Positions 8,713-18,116 of a stretch of DNA of 64,000 nt are shown here, piece after piece. Positions within the stretch are counted from its first letter, which is position 1, and every line of letters begins with the position of its first letter. Origin of the DNA: Roseomonas sp. (GTDB lineage: Bacteria; Pseudomonadota; Alphaproteobacteria; Acetobacterales; Acetobacteraceae); assembly GCA_020249865.1 (NCBI GenBank), contig JADCEV010000062.1, positions 530 to 64,529 on the forward strand, given 5' to 3'. The position numbers were made by a program, and so were the translations under genes. A model generated the notes under the pieces. The model was not told where the DNA came from. It did not search any database and was given only the letters and a program-made list of their open reading frames with translations.

Positions 8713-10070
8713 CCACGCGCGCCCTTGCGGAATTCACCGCCGCCATCAAGCCAGATGCATTGCCACCGGAAGTGCGCCGTCAAGCCGCGCGGCTTGTGTT
8801 GGACGCGTTGGGCTGCGCCATGGCGGCCTGGACAGAGGATGCGGAGAAATCCCGCATCGCGCGCGATATCGCCGCACTTTATCCCGGCGCACCGGGCGCG
8901 CATGTCATGGGCACGAAGGGAGCCGCGGTGCAGCCCGCTTTTGCGGCATTGGCCAATGGCATCCTGATCAATGCCGCCGATAATGATGACACGCATAAGC
9001 GCGCCTTGTTGCATGTTGGGTCAGTGATGGTGCCAACCGTGCTTGCCTTGGCCGAAGCGCGTGTGCTTTCCGGCCGCGCCATGCTGGCGGCGCTGGTGGC
9101 GGGATATGAGGTGGCGGTGCGTGTCGGCATGGCCGTGATGCCAACGCATTACCGCTTCTGGCATTCCACGGCGACGAATGGTACCTTTGGTGCCGCCGCT
9201 GGTGCGGCGCATGCCATGGGTCTGGATGCCGATGGTGTGCAGCGCGCGCTTGGGCTTGCTGGCACACAAGCAGCGGGGTTAAACACCTTCTTCGAATCCG
9301 GCGACATGACGAAATCCATTCATCCCGGCAAGGCCGCGTTGAATGGGATTCTGTCCGCGCAAATGGCCGCCCTTGGCGCGACCAGCCCGCCCGGTATTCT
9401 GGAGCATCCGAAGGGCTATCTGGCAGCGTTTTCGCTGGAACCGAAAGCCGCCGCGCTCACGGCAGGGCTCGGGACGGAATGGGAGATTCTGCAAAACGGC
9501 TTCAAATATTTCCCTTCGATCCTCGCCAGTCATTCGCCCATTCAGGCGACCCTTGCCATTGTGGCCAAGCATAAGCCGGACCCGAAGCGCATCATCTCCA
9601 TCACCAATGAAACCTATGACACGGTGAAATCACATTTCTCCAATAAGGATGTCACCACGCTGATGGGCGCGCGGGTTTCCGTGCCCTATTGCATTGCCGC
9701 CGCCGCGGTGGATGGCGAATTGACGCAGCGCCAATTTGCGCCTGGGCGTGTGCATGATGCGCTGATCCGCCAGGTGCTGGCGCGCACCGAAGTGGTGCCG
9801 GATGCGGAATTGAACAAACTCTATCCGGCGAAATTCCCAGCGCGCGTCACCATCACCTTGGATGACGGCACGAAGCTCACCGAAACCGTGCTGCTGCCGA
9901 AGGGCGACCCCGGTGCGCCGCTTTCCGATGATGAATTGGAAGCGAAATACCGCGACAATGCCGAACCGCTTTTGGGCAAGGCGGGCGCCGCGGCACTACG
10001 GGACGCGATCTGGCGGCTGGATGATGCGCCGGATGTGGCAGACCTCGTGCGCGCTATGCGGCCCAGATAA
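8709..10070 (+). CDS. MmgE/PrpD family protein
   Basis: 453 aa. Blocks DNDDTH, GAAAGAAHAMGL, and C-terminal KGDPGAPLSDDELEAKY. Confidence 0.85.
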   Translation: MTTRALAEFTAAIKPDALPPEVRRQAARLVLDALGCAMAAWTEDAEKSRIARDIAALYPGAPGAHVMGTKGAAVQPAFAALANGILINAADNDDTHKRALLHVGSVMVPTVLALAEARVLSGRAMLAALVAGYEVAVRVGMAVMPTHYRFWHSTATNGTFGAAAGAAHAMGLDADGVQRALGLAGTQAAGLNTFFESGDMTKSIHPGKAALNGILSAQMAALGATSPPGILEHPKGYLAAFSLEPKAAALTAGLGTEWEILQNGFKYFPSILASHSPIQATLAIVAKHKPDPKRIISITNETYDTVKSHFSNKDVTTLMGARVSVPYCIAAAAVDGELTQRQFAPGRVHDALIRQVLARTEVVPDAELNKLYPAKFPARVTITLDDGTKLTETVLLPKGDPGAPLSDDELEAKYRDNAEPLLGKAGAAALRDAIWRLDDAPDVADLVRAMRPR

Positions 10071-10073
10071 CCC

Positions 10074-10946
10074 CTAGCCGTAACGCTTCAGAATATCGCG
10101 CATGGCCGGCGCCAGATCGGGCCGCGCCAGCGCGTAAGCCACCTGCGCTTCCAGAAAACCCGCCTTGTCGCCGCAATCAAAGCGACGGCCTTCATAGCGC
10201 AGCCCATGGAAGGGTTGCGTGCCGATCAGCTTCGCCATGCCATCGGTCAATTGCACTTCACCGCCCGCGCCCTTTTCCATGCGCGCCAAATGGCCGATCA
10301 CTTCCGGCATCAGCACATAGCGGCCAATGATGGTCAGGTTGGACGGCGCCTTTTCAATCGGTGGCTTTTCCACCAGGCCCTTCACCGAAACCAGCCGCCC
10401 ACGATCTTCCGCTACATCAAGCACGCCGTAGCGGTTCACACGCTCACGCGGAACTTCCTCAATCGCCACCACATTGCCGCCGGTTTCACGATAGGCATCG
10501 GCCAACTGCGCCGTGCAGGACACATCGCATTGCATCAGATCATCGGGTAGCAGGATCGCGAAGGGATCATCGGCAATAAAGGCGCGCGCGCACCAAATGG
10601 CATGGCCGAGCCCCATCGGCACTTGCTGACGCACGGACATGATGGACCCAGGCGCTGGCGCATCAGCGCGCAGGGCGGCCAATTCCTTTTCCTTGCCGCG
10701 TTCGGCCAAGGTGCGTTCCAATTCGTAGGCGATATCAAAATGCTCAACCAGCATGGTCTTGCCGCGCCCGGTCACGAAGCAGAATTGCTCAATCCCCGCC
10801 GCGCGCGCTTCTTCCACCGCGTATTGAATGAGCGGCTTGTCCACGATGGGCAGCATTTCCTTCGCCATGGTTTTCGTGGCGGGCAGGAAACGCGTACCAA
10901 GCCCGGCAACGGGCAGCACGGCTTTCTTGAGAGGCTTCAACGGCAC
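10074..10946 (-). CDS. galU: UTP--glucose-1-phosphate uridylyltransferase
   Basis: N-terminal AVLPVAGLGTRFLPATK.MAKEMLPIVDKP signature. 290 aa. Confidence 0.9.
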   Translation of the reverse strand: MPLKPLKKAVLPVAGLGTRFLPATKTMAKEMLPIVDKPLIQYAVEEARAAGIEQFCFVTGRGKTMLVEHFDIAYELERTLAERGKEKELAALRADAPAPGSIMSVRQQVPMGLGHAIWCARAFIADDPFAILLPDDLMQCDVSCTAQLADAYRETGGNVVAIEEVPRERVNRYGVLDVAEDRGRLVSVKGLVEKPPIEKAPSNLTIIGRYVLMPEVIGHLARMEKGAGGEVQLTDGMAKLIGTQPFHGLRYEGRRFDCGDKAGFLEAQVAYALARPDLAPAMRDILKRYG

Positions 10947-11021
10947 GGGAGGCTTCCCCTGGATTGATCTTCTGCCATCTTATGCCGCGAAAGCCGGGCA
11001 TCATTAAGGCGGGCGCAGCGC

Positions 11022-12335
11022 CTAAAACACCGAAAAACGCTCTTCCAGGATGCGCCGCCGGGACACGCCAAGTGCGGCCAAGCCCTGATGCGCAGCACGG
11101 ATCATGGGGCCGGGGCCGCAGAGCAGGAAAACCCAACCCTCCCGCGCGGCGCGCGCCGCTTCGGCCTGGACCAAAGCGGGCGTCATCATGCCGGTGAGGC
11201 CCGCCCAACCGGGCGGGGGTTCCTGCAGCACATGGTGCAGATCAAGCCGCAAGCGCGCGGCAAGCGTGGCCAATTCCGCCGCTGCCATGATCTGCCCTTC
11301 GTGCCGATTGCCATAAAGCAGGGTGATGGGGCGGGTTTCGCCACGCGCGGCGGCCTCCCGCAATAGGGAAAGCATGGGCGCCAATCCTGCGCCGCCGGCG
11401 ATCATGAAAATGCCGCGTTCTTGCCTTCCTTCCAGGCAAAGCGCGCCATGCGGGCCATCCACAAAAGCGCGCGCGCCAAGCGGCAGTGCACCAATCTGGC
11501 GCGTGAAATCGCCCACTTCCTTGATCAGAAAGCGCAAGGCCTTCCCATCCGCGGGGGCAGAGGCGATGGAGAAAGGATGCTCGCGCACTGAAAAGGCCGA
11601 GCAATTCAAACGTAGCCAGGCGAATTGCCCGGCGCGATGGGCCAGCCCCGCATGGCCGTCCGGTTCCAGCGTTAGGGACCACAGCCGGTCCCCCACGCGC
11701 TCCAGCCCCGCAATGCGCCAAGGGCGCCGCGCCAGGCGCCAAGGCCGCAGCAGATAAACCGCAACAAGGCTGCCCAAAGCCAAGGCCAGCAGGAAGGCCC
11801 AATAAGCGATCAGCGCCGGCGCCGCTGAATAGCGCCCTGCCGAGATGGCGTGATGCAGCGCGAGCCCCGCGAGCAGCACCGCACCAAGCCCATGGCTGAC
11901 CCGCCATGCCTCATACCGATAGGGCAAATCATCGCGCCTGATGGCGGTGAGTGTCAGCACGCCAAGCAGCAGCCACGCCAAAGCACCAGAAATGAGTGAG
12001 GCCGCATCCAAGCCCAGCACCAGCGCGCCGGTAGGGTCATCCGGGCGATCAAAAGCCGCGCCGCTGGGGCTGAGGTAAAATAGCGGATGCAGCAATGCCG
12101 CGATCGTCAGCACATGCGCGAAAACCTGATGCCAGCGCAGGCTGCGATCCATGCCGATGCCGGCGCTGATCACGCGAAACCGCCCAGACAGCAGAAATTC
12201 CAACAACAGCGCTGCGGTCGCCATCATGGCGATGGCGCTGGATGCCTCATCCAACCACGGCCGCGCGGGGCCGATCAGCCACCAGCCAAGTGCGACAGGC
12301 AGCACGACCAGCAGGGCATAGGCGGCAAGGATCAC
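11022..12335 (-). CDS. Ferric reductase-like transmembrane protein with FAD/NAD(P)-binding domain
   Basis: Multi-pass N-terminus with conserved His residues, the HPFSIAS FAD motif, and GGAGLAP NAD-binding glycines. Confidence 0.75.
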   Translation of the reverse strand: MILAAYALLVVLPVALGWWLIGPARPWLDEASSAIAMMATAALLLEFLLSGRFRVISAGIGMDRSLRWHQVFAHVLTIAALLHPLFYLSPSGAAFDRPDDPTGALVLGLDAASLISGALAWLLLGVLTLTAIRRDDLPYRYEAWRVSHGLGAVLLAGLALHHAISAGRYSAAPALIAYWAFLLALALGSLVAVYLLRPWRLARRPWRIAGLERVGDRLWSLTLEPDGHAGLAHRAGQFAWLRLNCSAFSVREHPFSIASAPADGKALRFLIKEVGDFTRQIGALPLGARAFVDGPHGALCLEGRQERGIFMIAGGAGLAPMLSLLREAAARGETRPITLLYGNRHEGQIMAAAELATLAARLRLDLHHVLQEPPPGWAGLTGMMTPALVQAEAARAAREGWVFLLCGPGPMIRAAHQGLAALGVSRRRILEERFSVF

Positions 12336-12461
12336 AAGGGCGGGCAGGGCGGATTACCTTTCAACATGCATGCAGCCTATCATCGCCCGCGCGGCAAGTC
12401 TTGGCTTTGACGCCTGCGCGGATTGGGATTTGAATATCATGAAAGCCCAAGGGCAGAACGC

Positions 12462-13592
12462 ATGAACTCCTCCCCGCTATTCAACCCTGCCGATTTTCGC
12501 ATCGCGCCTGGCATCACGCATCTTTGCGCCGCTGGTGAGACGCCGTTTCTGCGCCAGCATGATGCCGCCTTTGCTGCCTATGCCGCCGATAAATCGGACG
12601 GGCCGGCCGGGCGCCACCGGCAGGAAGCCATGATGGAAAGCGCGCGCGCCCGTGCGGCGCGGCTGTTTCATGTGGCGCCCGCCGATATCGGCTTTGTGTC
12701 ATCGGTGGCCGAGGGCGTTGCCATGGTGGTGGAAAGCCTGGATTGGCGCGCAGGCGATACGGTGCTGGTGGATCCGGATGAATATCCATCGGTGGTCGCA
12801 CCGCTGACGCTGCAACGCCAGCCCAAGGTAACGCTGCGCTTTGCCAAGGCCGCTGACCCCGCCAGCTTCGCCGCCGCGATTGATGGCACCACGCGCATGA
12901 TCGGCATCAGCGCGGTTTCCTTCCTGAATGCCGCGCGGCATGATTTGGTGGCTTTGCGCGCGGCGGCGGATAGGGTTGGCGCTTTGCTGGTAGTGGATTT
13001 CACGCAAGGTGCCGGCTGGATGCCGATCCATGCTGAGATTGCGGATTTTGCCTTCTCCGCCTGCTATAAATGGCTGCTGGGCTGTACAGGTGTTGCGCTG
13101 GCCTATTGGAATCCCGCGCGCCAGCCAGGCTGGGTGCCGAGTACGGCAGGGTGGCATTCCATCGCGTCCATGGGGCGGCCGGATTGGTCCGAAACGCCGG
13201 CGCTGCTGCCAGGCGCTGCGCGCTTCACGCGCGGCAATCCATCGCATCTTGGGCTTTATGTTTTGGACTCGGCGCTGCGCTATCTGGAAGCCCATGCGCC
13301 GGAGGCGATTGAAGCGCATGTACAACGCCTGACCGTGGGGCTGCTGGAATGCTTGAAAGCCGCCGGGATTTCTTCCACCACGCCGCCCGATCCGCGCTGG
13401 CATGGCGCGAGTTTTTGCGCAGAACACCCGAAAGCAGCGGCGATTGTGGAGGGCATGGCAAGGCGCGGTGTGCTGGTTTGGAATGGGCGCGGGCGCATCC
13501 GTATTTCCTTCCACGGCTATAATGGCAGCGACGATATGGACCGCGCCGCGGATGCCCTGATTGCCGAATGGCGCGCTGCGGGTGCAAGCTGA
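12462..13592 (+). CDS. Aminotransferase class V-fold PLP-dependent enzyme
   Basis: SACYKWLLG lysine block and overall fold-type I layout. I chose the ATG at 12462 over the TTG at 12423. Confidence 0.75.
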   Translation: MNSSPLFNPADFRIAPGITHLCAAGETPFLRQHDAAFAAYAADKSDGPAGRHRQEAMMESARARAARLFHVAPADIGFVSSVAEGVAMVVESLDWRAGDTVLVDPDEYPSVVAPLTLQRQPKVTLRFAKAADPASFAAAIDGTTRMIGISAVSFLNAARHDLVALRAAADRVGALLVVDFTQGAGWMPIHAEIADFAFSACYKWLLGCTGVALAYWNPARQPGWVPSTAGWHSIASMGRPDWSETPALLPGAARFTRGNPSHLGLYVLDSALRYLEAHAPEAIEAHVQRLTVGLLECLKAAGISSTTPPDPRWHGASFCAEHPKAAAIVEGMARRGVLVWNGRGRIRISFHGYNGSDDMDRAADALIAEWRAAGAS

Positions 13593-13620
13593 CGAATAAG
13601 ATCATCCGGAGGAAGCGCCG

Positions 13621-14754
13621 ATGCGCATGAAAGCCGCCATTCTGTTCGAACAGGGCCTGCCGCGCCCCTATGCCAAAACCCGCCCCTTGGTGGTGGAGGA
13701 GGTGGAGCTTGACCCGCCTGGTCCTGGTGAAATCCTGATCGAAGTCGCCGCTGCCGGGCTTTGCCATTCGGATCTTTCCACCATTGAAAACCAGCGCCCG
13801 CGCCCGCTGCCGATTGTGATCGGCCATGAAGGGGCCGGCATTGTGCGCGAATGCGGGCCAGGTATTACGGACCTCAAGCCCGGTGATCATGTAATCACGG
13901 TGTTCGCGTCTTCCTGCGGCACGTGTCGCTATTGCGCGCGTGGCCGGCCGAATATCTGCCCCAGTGGCAATGCGGCCCGCGCGGCAGGGTCGCTGGTGAG
14001 TGGTGCCAAGCGCATCAAGCGCCTGGACGGCAATTATGTGAATCACAATAGTGGCTTGTCATTGTTTGCGCAGTTCGCCGTGGTGGCGCGGCGTTCAGCA
14101 GTGAAGATTGATAAGGACATCCCGCTGGATGACGCTGCAATCTTCGGCTGCGCGGTGATGACTGGCGCCGGCGCGGTGATCAATACCGCGCGCCTGCAGC
14201 CAGGTGAGAATGTCGCGGTTGTGGGCTTGGGTGGCGTTGGCATGAATGCGCTTTTCGCCGCCGTGGCGTCGGGCGCTGATCGCATAATCGCCGTTGATAC
14301 CAACCCGAAGAAGCTGGAACAGGCCAAGGAATGGGGGGCGACTGATGTCTTCCTTGCCGGCAATGATGATTGCGCGGCGGCGGTGCGTGATGCGACCGAT
14401 GGCGGTGTGGATACGGTGATTGAAACCGCCGGCACGATCCCCGCCATGCAGCTTGCCATTGCCATTACCGCGCGCGGCGGCAGCACCATCAGTGCGGGTT
14501 TGCCGAATGTGAATGCGTCAGTGTCTTACCTGCATGCATCATTGGTATCTGAGGAAAAGAGCATTCGCGGTTCCTATATGGGGTCTTGCGTTGCGGAGCG
14601 TGACATTCCGCGCCTGTTATCGCTTTATCGGCGCGGCAAGATGCCGGTGAATAAGCTGAAAAGCGGTGTGGTGAAGCTGGAAGAAATCAATGAAGGTTTT
14701 GACCGGCTATCCGATGGCACGGTGCTGCGGCAGATGCTGAAGCCGAATGGGTAA
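13621..14754 (+). CDS. Zinc-dependent alcohol dehydrogenase family protein
   Basis: GLCHSDL and GHEGAGIV zinc motifs, structural-zinc cysteines CGTCRYC, and the GLGGVG Rossmann motif. Confidence 0.85.
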   Translation: MRMKAAILFEQGLPRPYAKTRPLVVEEVELDPPGPGEILIEVAAAGLCHSDLSTIENQRPRPLPIVIGHEGAGIVRECGPGITDLKPGDHVITVFASSCGTCRYCARGRPNICPSGNAARAAGSLVSGAKRIKRLDGNYVNHNSGLSLFAQFAVVARRSAVKIDKDIPLDDAAIFGCAVMTGAGAVINTARLQPGENVAVVGLGGVGMNALFAAVASGADRIIAVDTNPKKLEQAKEWGATDVFLAGNDDCAAAVRDATDGGVDTVIETAGTIPAMQLAIAITARGGSTISAGLPNVNASVSYLHASLVSEEKSIRGSYMGSCVAERDIPRLLSLYRRGKMPVNKLKSGVVKLEEINEGFDRLSDGTVLRQMLKPNG

Positions 14755-14760
14755 GCCGGA

Positions 14761-14860
14761 GCATTTTCAAGCCAAGTGGTAACACTTGGCGACTCGGAAA
14801 ATGCGACCAACGGAAGGTTTAGTTGGTGTCCGGTGAACGAATGTGAACTGGACACCAACT
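14761..14860. repeat. Two-module intergenic hairpin repeat (best copy)
   Basis: Module 1 (14761-14804) is GCATTTTC-AAG-CCAAGTG-GTAA-CACTTGG-CGACTCG-GAAAATGC. Module 2 (14821-14860) has an 11-bp stem AGTTGGTGTCC/GGACACCAACT around the loop GGTGAACGAATGTGAACT. It lies between convergent adh and SDR genes, and the last 2 nt overlap the SDR stop codon. Confidence 0.6.
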
Positions 14861-15641
14861 AGATATTTCCATCCTTGGCGGGCAGGCGGCTGAAAATCGC
14901 GGCCCGCCAGGAAATCGGCAAGGCGCCTGCAAGGCGTGCCAGCATATAGGTCGGCCAGGGATAGGCGATGCGCGTCTTGCCGCGCGCCAGCCCCGCCAAC
15001 GTGCGGCGCGCGGCTTCATCGGCGTCCATCAGGAATGGCATGGGGAATTTGTTGCGCGCGGTCATGGCCGTGCGGACATAGCCGGGGCAAATCGAATGCA
15101 TCCGAATGCCGCGCTGGCGTTCCGTCGCATCCAAAGCTTCCGCCCAGCGCTGCACAGCGGATTTGCTGGCGCAATAGGTGGGCGCGCCCGGCGCGGCCAC
15201 GAAAGCAGCGACGGATGCCACCACGGCGATACGCCCGCGCAGCCCGTCGGCGCCCGGAGATTGTGCGGCCATGACCTCCAGCGCGGGGAGGGCGGTGTTC
15301 AGCACCCCTGTCACATTGGTTTCGAAAATGCGGCGGGTCTGGGCGGTGGGTTCCGTGGTGCCGCCCGTGCCGGCGCTAATGCCAGCATTGGCGATCACCA
15401 GATCAAGCCGCCCGGTGCCCGCGATCCAACCCGCCATGGCTGCCGCGTCGCAGACATCGACAACGCGAGGCTGTACTTCTGCCCCCCGCGCGCGGCAGGC
15501 GTTCGCGGTTTCTTCCAGCCTGGCGGCGTCGCGGCCCGAAAGATGCAGCACCACGCCAGGCGCGGCGCAGGCTTCCGCCAGGGCGCGGCCCAGGCCGGAT
15601 GAGGCACCGGTAATCAGCACATTTTGCCAAAGCGCTTGCAT
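14859..15641 (-). CDS. SDR family oxidoreductase
   Basis: TGASSGLG cofactor motif directly after the internal Met (MQALWQNVLITGASSGLG). YCASK catalytic motif. The longer ORF-track N-terminus looks like an artefact. Confidence 0.85.
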   Translation of the reverse strand: MQALWQNVLITGASSGLGRALAEACAAPGVVLHLSGRDAARLEETANACRARGAEVQPRVVDVCDAAAMAGWIAGTGRLDLVIANAGISAGTGGTTEPTAQTRRIFETNVTGVLNTALPALEVMAAQSPGADGLRGRIAVVASVAAFVAAPGAPTYCASKSAVQRWAEALDATERQRGIRMHSICPGYVRTAMTARNKFPMPFLMDADEAARRTLAGLARGKTRIAYPWPTYMLARLAGALPISWRAAIFSRLPAKDGNI

Positions 15642-15669
15642 AACATCTCCTCTGGGGCAAAAACCGCGC

Positions 15670-16569
15670 ATGGCCAAGCTTGCATCCATGACCGGTTTCG
15701 CCCGTGCTGATGGCACCCTGCCCGATGGCGCTTCCTTCCTGTGGGAAGTGCGCAGCGTCAATGGGCGGGGGCTCGATTTGCGGCTGCGCCTACCCAATGG
15801 CTTTGATGCGCTGGAACCCGCCTTGCGCGATGCAGCGGGCAAGGCGTTCAAGCGCGGCAATATCTCGGCGACGCTGAACATCAAGCGAGAGGAAAAGGCG
15901 GGACCGCGCCTGACGCCCGACCCGGCGGCCTTGGATCAGGCGCTGCGCCTGGCGCTGGACTTGGCGGGGCGCATCCCGGGTGCGCCACCGCCGCGCGCCG
16001 AAGCGCTGCTGACCCTCCCAGGCGTACTGCGCGCTGAGACCGCAGAACTGGACGAGGCCGCCGAGGAAGCGCGCCGCGCCGCCGTGGCGGCTGGCTTTTC
16101 CACCGCCCTGCAAGCGCTTGCGAAGTCCCGCACTGCGGAGGGCGCGCGTCTCGCGGAAATCCTGACCGTGCTGATTGATGAAATCGCGGCCCTGGTCGCA
16201 CTGGCCCGCGACGCTGCAGCGGATCAGCCAGCCCAGCAAAAGGCGCGCTTGCTGGAAAGCCTGGCCGCGCTGCTGGAAGGTGAACGCCGCGTGCCGGAGG
16301 AACGTTTGGCGGCCGAGGTCGCGCTACTCGCCGCCAAATCCGATGTGCGGGAGGAGATTGACCGGCTGAACGCCCATATCGCCGAAGCACGCGCGCTGCT
16401 CGCTTCTGGTGACGCGGTAGGCCGGCGGCTGGAGTTTCTGACGCAGGAATTCGTGCGCGAAGCCAATACGCTCTGCAGCAAATCCGCGAGTGTGGCGCTC
16501 ACGCGCTTGGGGCTTGACCTGAAAGCCGCGATTGAACGCCTGCGCGAACAGGCAGCGAATGTGGAGTAA
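15670..16569 (+). CDS. YicC family stress-induced protein
   Basis: N-terminus SMTGFARA....W.....VN.R.LD.R.RLP and C-terminal EFLTQEF.REANT..SK are YicC signatures. The upstream 164 codons of the track ORF lie antisense to the SDR gene. Confidence 0.85.
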   Translation: MAKLASMTGFARADGTLPDGASFLWEVRSVNGRGLDLRLRLPNGFDALEPALRDAAGKAFKRGNISATLNIKREEKAGPRLTPDPAALDQALRLALDLAGRIPGAPPPRAEALLTLPGVLRAETAELDEAAEEARRAAVAAGFSTALQALAKSRTAEGARLAEILTVLIDEIAALVALARDAAADQPAQQKARLLESLAALLEGERRVPEERLAAEVALLAAKSDVREEIDRLNAHIAEARALLASGDAVGRRLEFLTQEFVREANTLCSKSASVALTRLGLDLKAAIERLREQAANVE

Positions 16570-16575
16570 GCGCCC

Positions 16576-17196
16576 ATGAAGCGTCGCGGCCTTTGCCTGG
16601 TGATTGCGGCACCGCCCGGGGCGGGCAAGACCAGCGTTTCCCGCGCACTTTTGGACAGCGAGGCTGATCTCACGCTTTCGGTCAGCGTTACCACCCGCGC
16701 CGCGCGCCCCGGTGAGCAGGATGGCGTGCATTATCATTTTCGCGACATGGCAGAATATCAAGCCATGATCGCGCGCGGTGATTTGCTGGAACACGCGATG
16801 TTTCTGGGCCGTGGTTATGGTACGCCGCGCGCCCCCGTAGAAGCGGCGCTGGCTGAAGGACGCGATGTGCTGTTCGACATTGAATGGCAGGGCCATCGGC
16901 AGTTGAAGGCAAGCATGCGGGCCGATGTCGCCAGCATTTTCTTGCTGCCGCCCAGCATGGCGGAGCTGGAACGCCGCTTGCGCAAGCGCGGCCAGGATAG
17001 TGATGCGGAAATCGTCAAGCGCATGGTCGCGGCTCGGGAAGAAATCACCCATTGGGATGAATTCGACCATGTGCTGATCAATCAGGATTTTGACACCACT
17101 GTGGCGACAGCCCGCGCCATTTTGCATGCCGCGCGCAGCACACAGGCGCGTCAGCCAGGCATGGCGAATTTCATCAAGGGCTTGCTTGGCGCGTGA
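16576..17196 (+). CDS. gmk: Guanylate kinase
   Basis: P-loop APPGAGKTS, TTRA.RPGE..G..YHF, and the GTP motif region. Confidence 0.92.
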   Translation: MKRRGLCLVIAAPPGAGKTSVSRALLDSEADLTLSVSVTTRAARPGEQDGVHYHFRDMAEYQAMIARGDLLEHAMFLGRGYGTPRAPVEAALAEGRDVLFDIEWQGHRQLKASMRADVASIFLLPPSMAELERRLRKRGQDSDAEIVKRMVAAREEITHWDEFDHVLINQDFDTTVATARAILHAARSTQARQPGMANFIKGLLGA

Positions 17197-18116
17197 GTAT
17201 TGTACTTGGCATTGTCCTGCCGGTCTTTGCCATTATCGCGCTGGGCTATGCCGCTTCGCGCTGGCGCTTCGTGGATGATGGCGGCTTTCGCGGGCTGAAT
17301 TTCTTCACCTTCTCCATCGCCTCGCCCTGTTTGCTGTTCAATGGCGGCACTTCCGGCCATGAAGGCGGCGGGCCGGCGGCTTTTGCGTTTTTCATTGCCT
17401 CCATGCTGATCTATGGCATCGCGCTATGGCTTGGCCGTGCAAGGCTGCGGCAGGGCATTGGTGCGGCCGGCCTGTTCGCGCTGAATGCCAGCTTCGGCAA
17501 TACGGTCATGCTCGGTATTCCGCTCATCACGGCGGCTTTCGGTCAGGCGGGGCTGACGATTTTGCTGGCCATTCTGGCGCTGCATTCCATGGTATTGCTG
17601 AGCGTCGCGACGGTGGTGGCGGAGATCGGGCTGCATAGCCAGGCGCCACTGTCGCGCGTATTGCGCGCCACCTTGCTCGGTGTGTTGCGCCACCCGATTG
17701 TGATGGCGGTATTCCTGGCTTTTGTCTGGCAAGCGCTTGGCATTCCCGTGCCGGCACCGATGCGCCGCGTGCTGGAATTGCTGGGCGGCGCCGGGCCGCC
17801 ATTGGCCCTGTTCTGCCTTGGCGGATCGCTCGCGGGGTTTTCGTTGGCCGGCGCGCGGGCCGAGGTTGCTTTCGCCAGTTTCCTGAAACTCGCGCTCATG
17901 CCCGCGCTTGCCTGGGGCGCCTGCTGGGCCTTGGGGCTTTCGCCCTTGGAAACGGCAGTGGCGGTGGTGAGCTCTGCGCTGCCCACCGGCGCCAATGCCT
18001 TTCTTCTGGCGCGGCGCTATGAAACCGGCGTGGGGGCTTCCGGTGCGACGGTGCTGCTTTCTACGCTGATATCCATCGCAACACTTTCTGTATTGCTCGC
18101 CTATTTCAAGGCATGA
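17193..18116 (+). CDS. AEC family transporter (auxin efflux carrier-like)
   Basis: 307 aa, about 10 TM segments, with typical N-terminus LPVFAIIALGY. The GTG start overlaps the gmk stop. Confidence 0.8.
   Translation: MSIVLGIVLPVFAIIALGYAASRWRFVDDGGFRGLNFFTFSIASPCLLFNGGTSGHEGGGPAAFAFFIASMLIYGIALWLGRARLRQGIGAAGLFALNASFGNTVMLGIPLITAAFGQAGLTILLAILALHSMVLLSVATVVAEIGLHSQAPLSRVLRATLLGVLRHPIVMAVFLAFVWQALGIPVPAPMRRVLELLGGAGPPLALFCLGGSLAGFSLAGARAEVAFASFLKLALMPALAWGACWALGLSPLETAVAVVSSALPTGANAFLLARRYETGVGASGATVLLSTLISIATLSVLLAYFKA

Noticed and set aside
15178-15669. A 164-codon N-terminal extension of the YicC ORF, and an 81-codon N-terminal extension of the SDR ORF (15642-15884).
   Set aside because: The extensions overlap each other's genes in antisense and are compositionally biased. 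Both proteins have canonical family N-termini at the internal Met residues (MAKLASMTGFARA and MQALWQNVLITGASSGLG).
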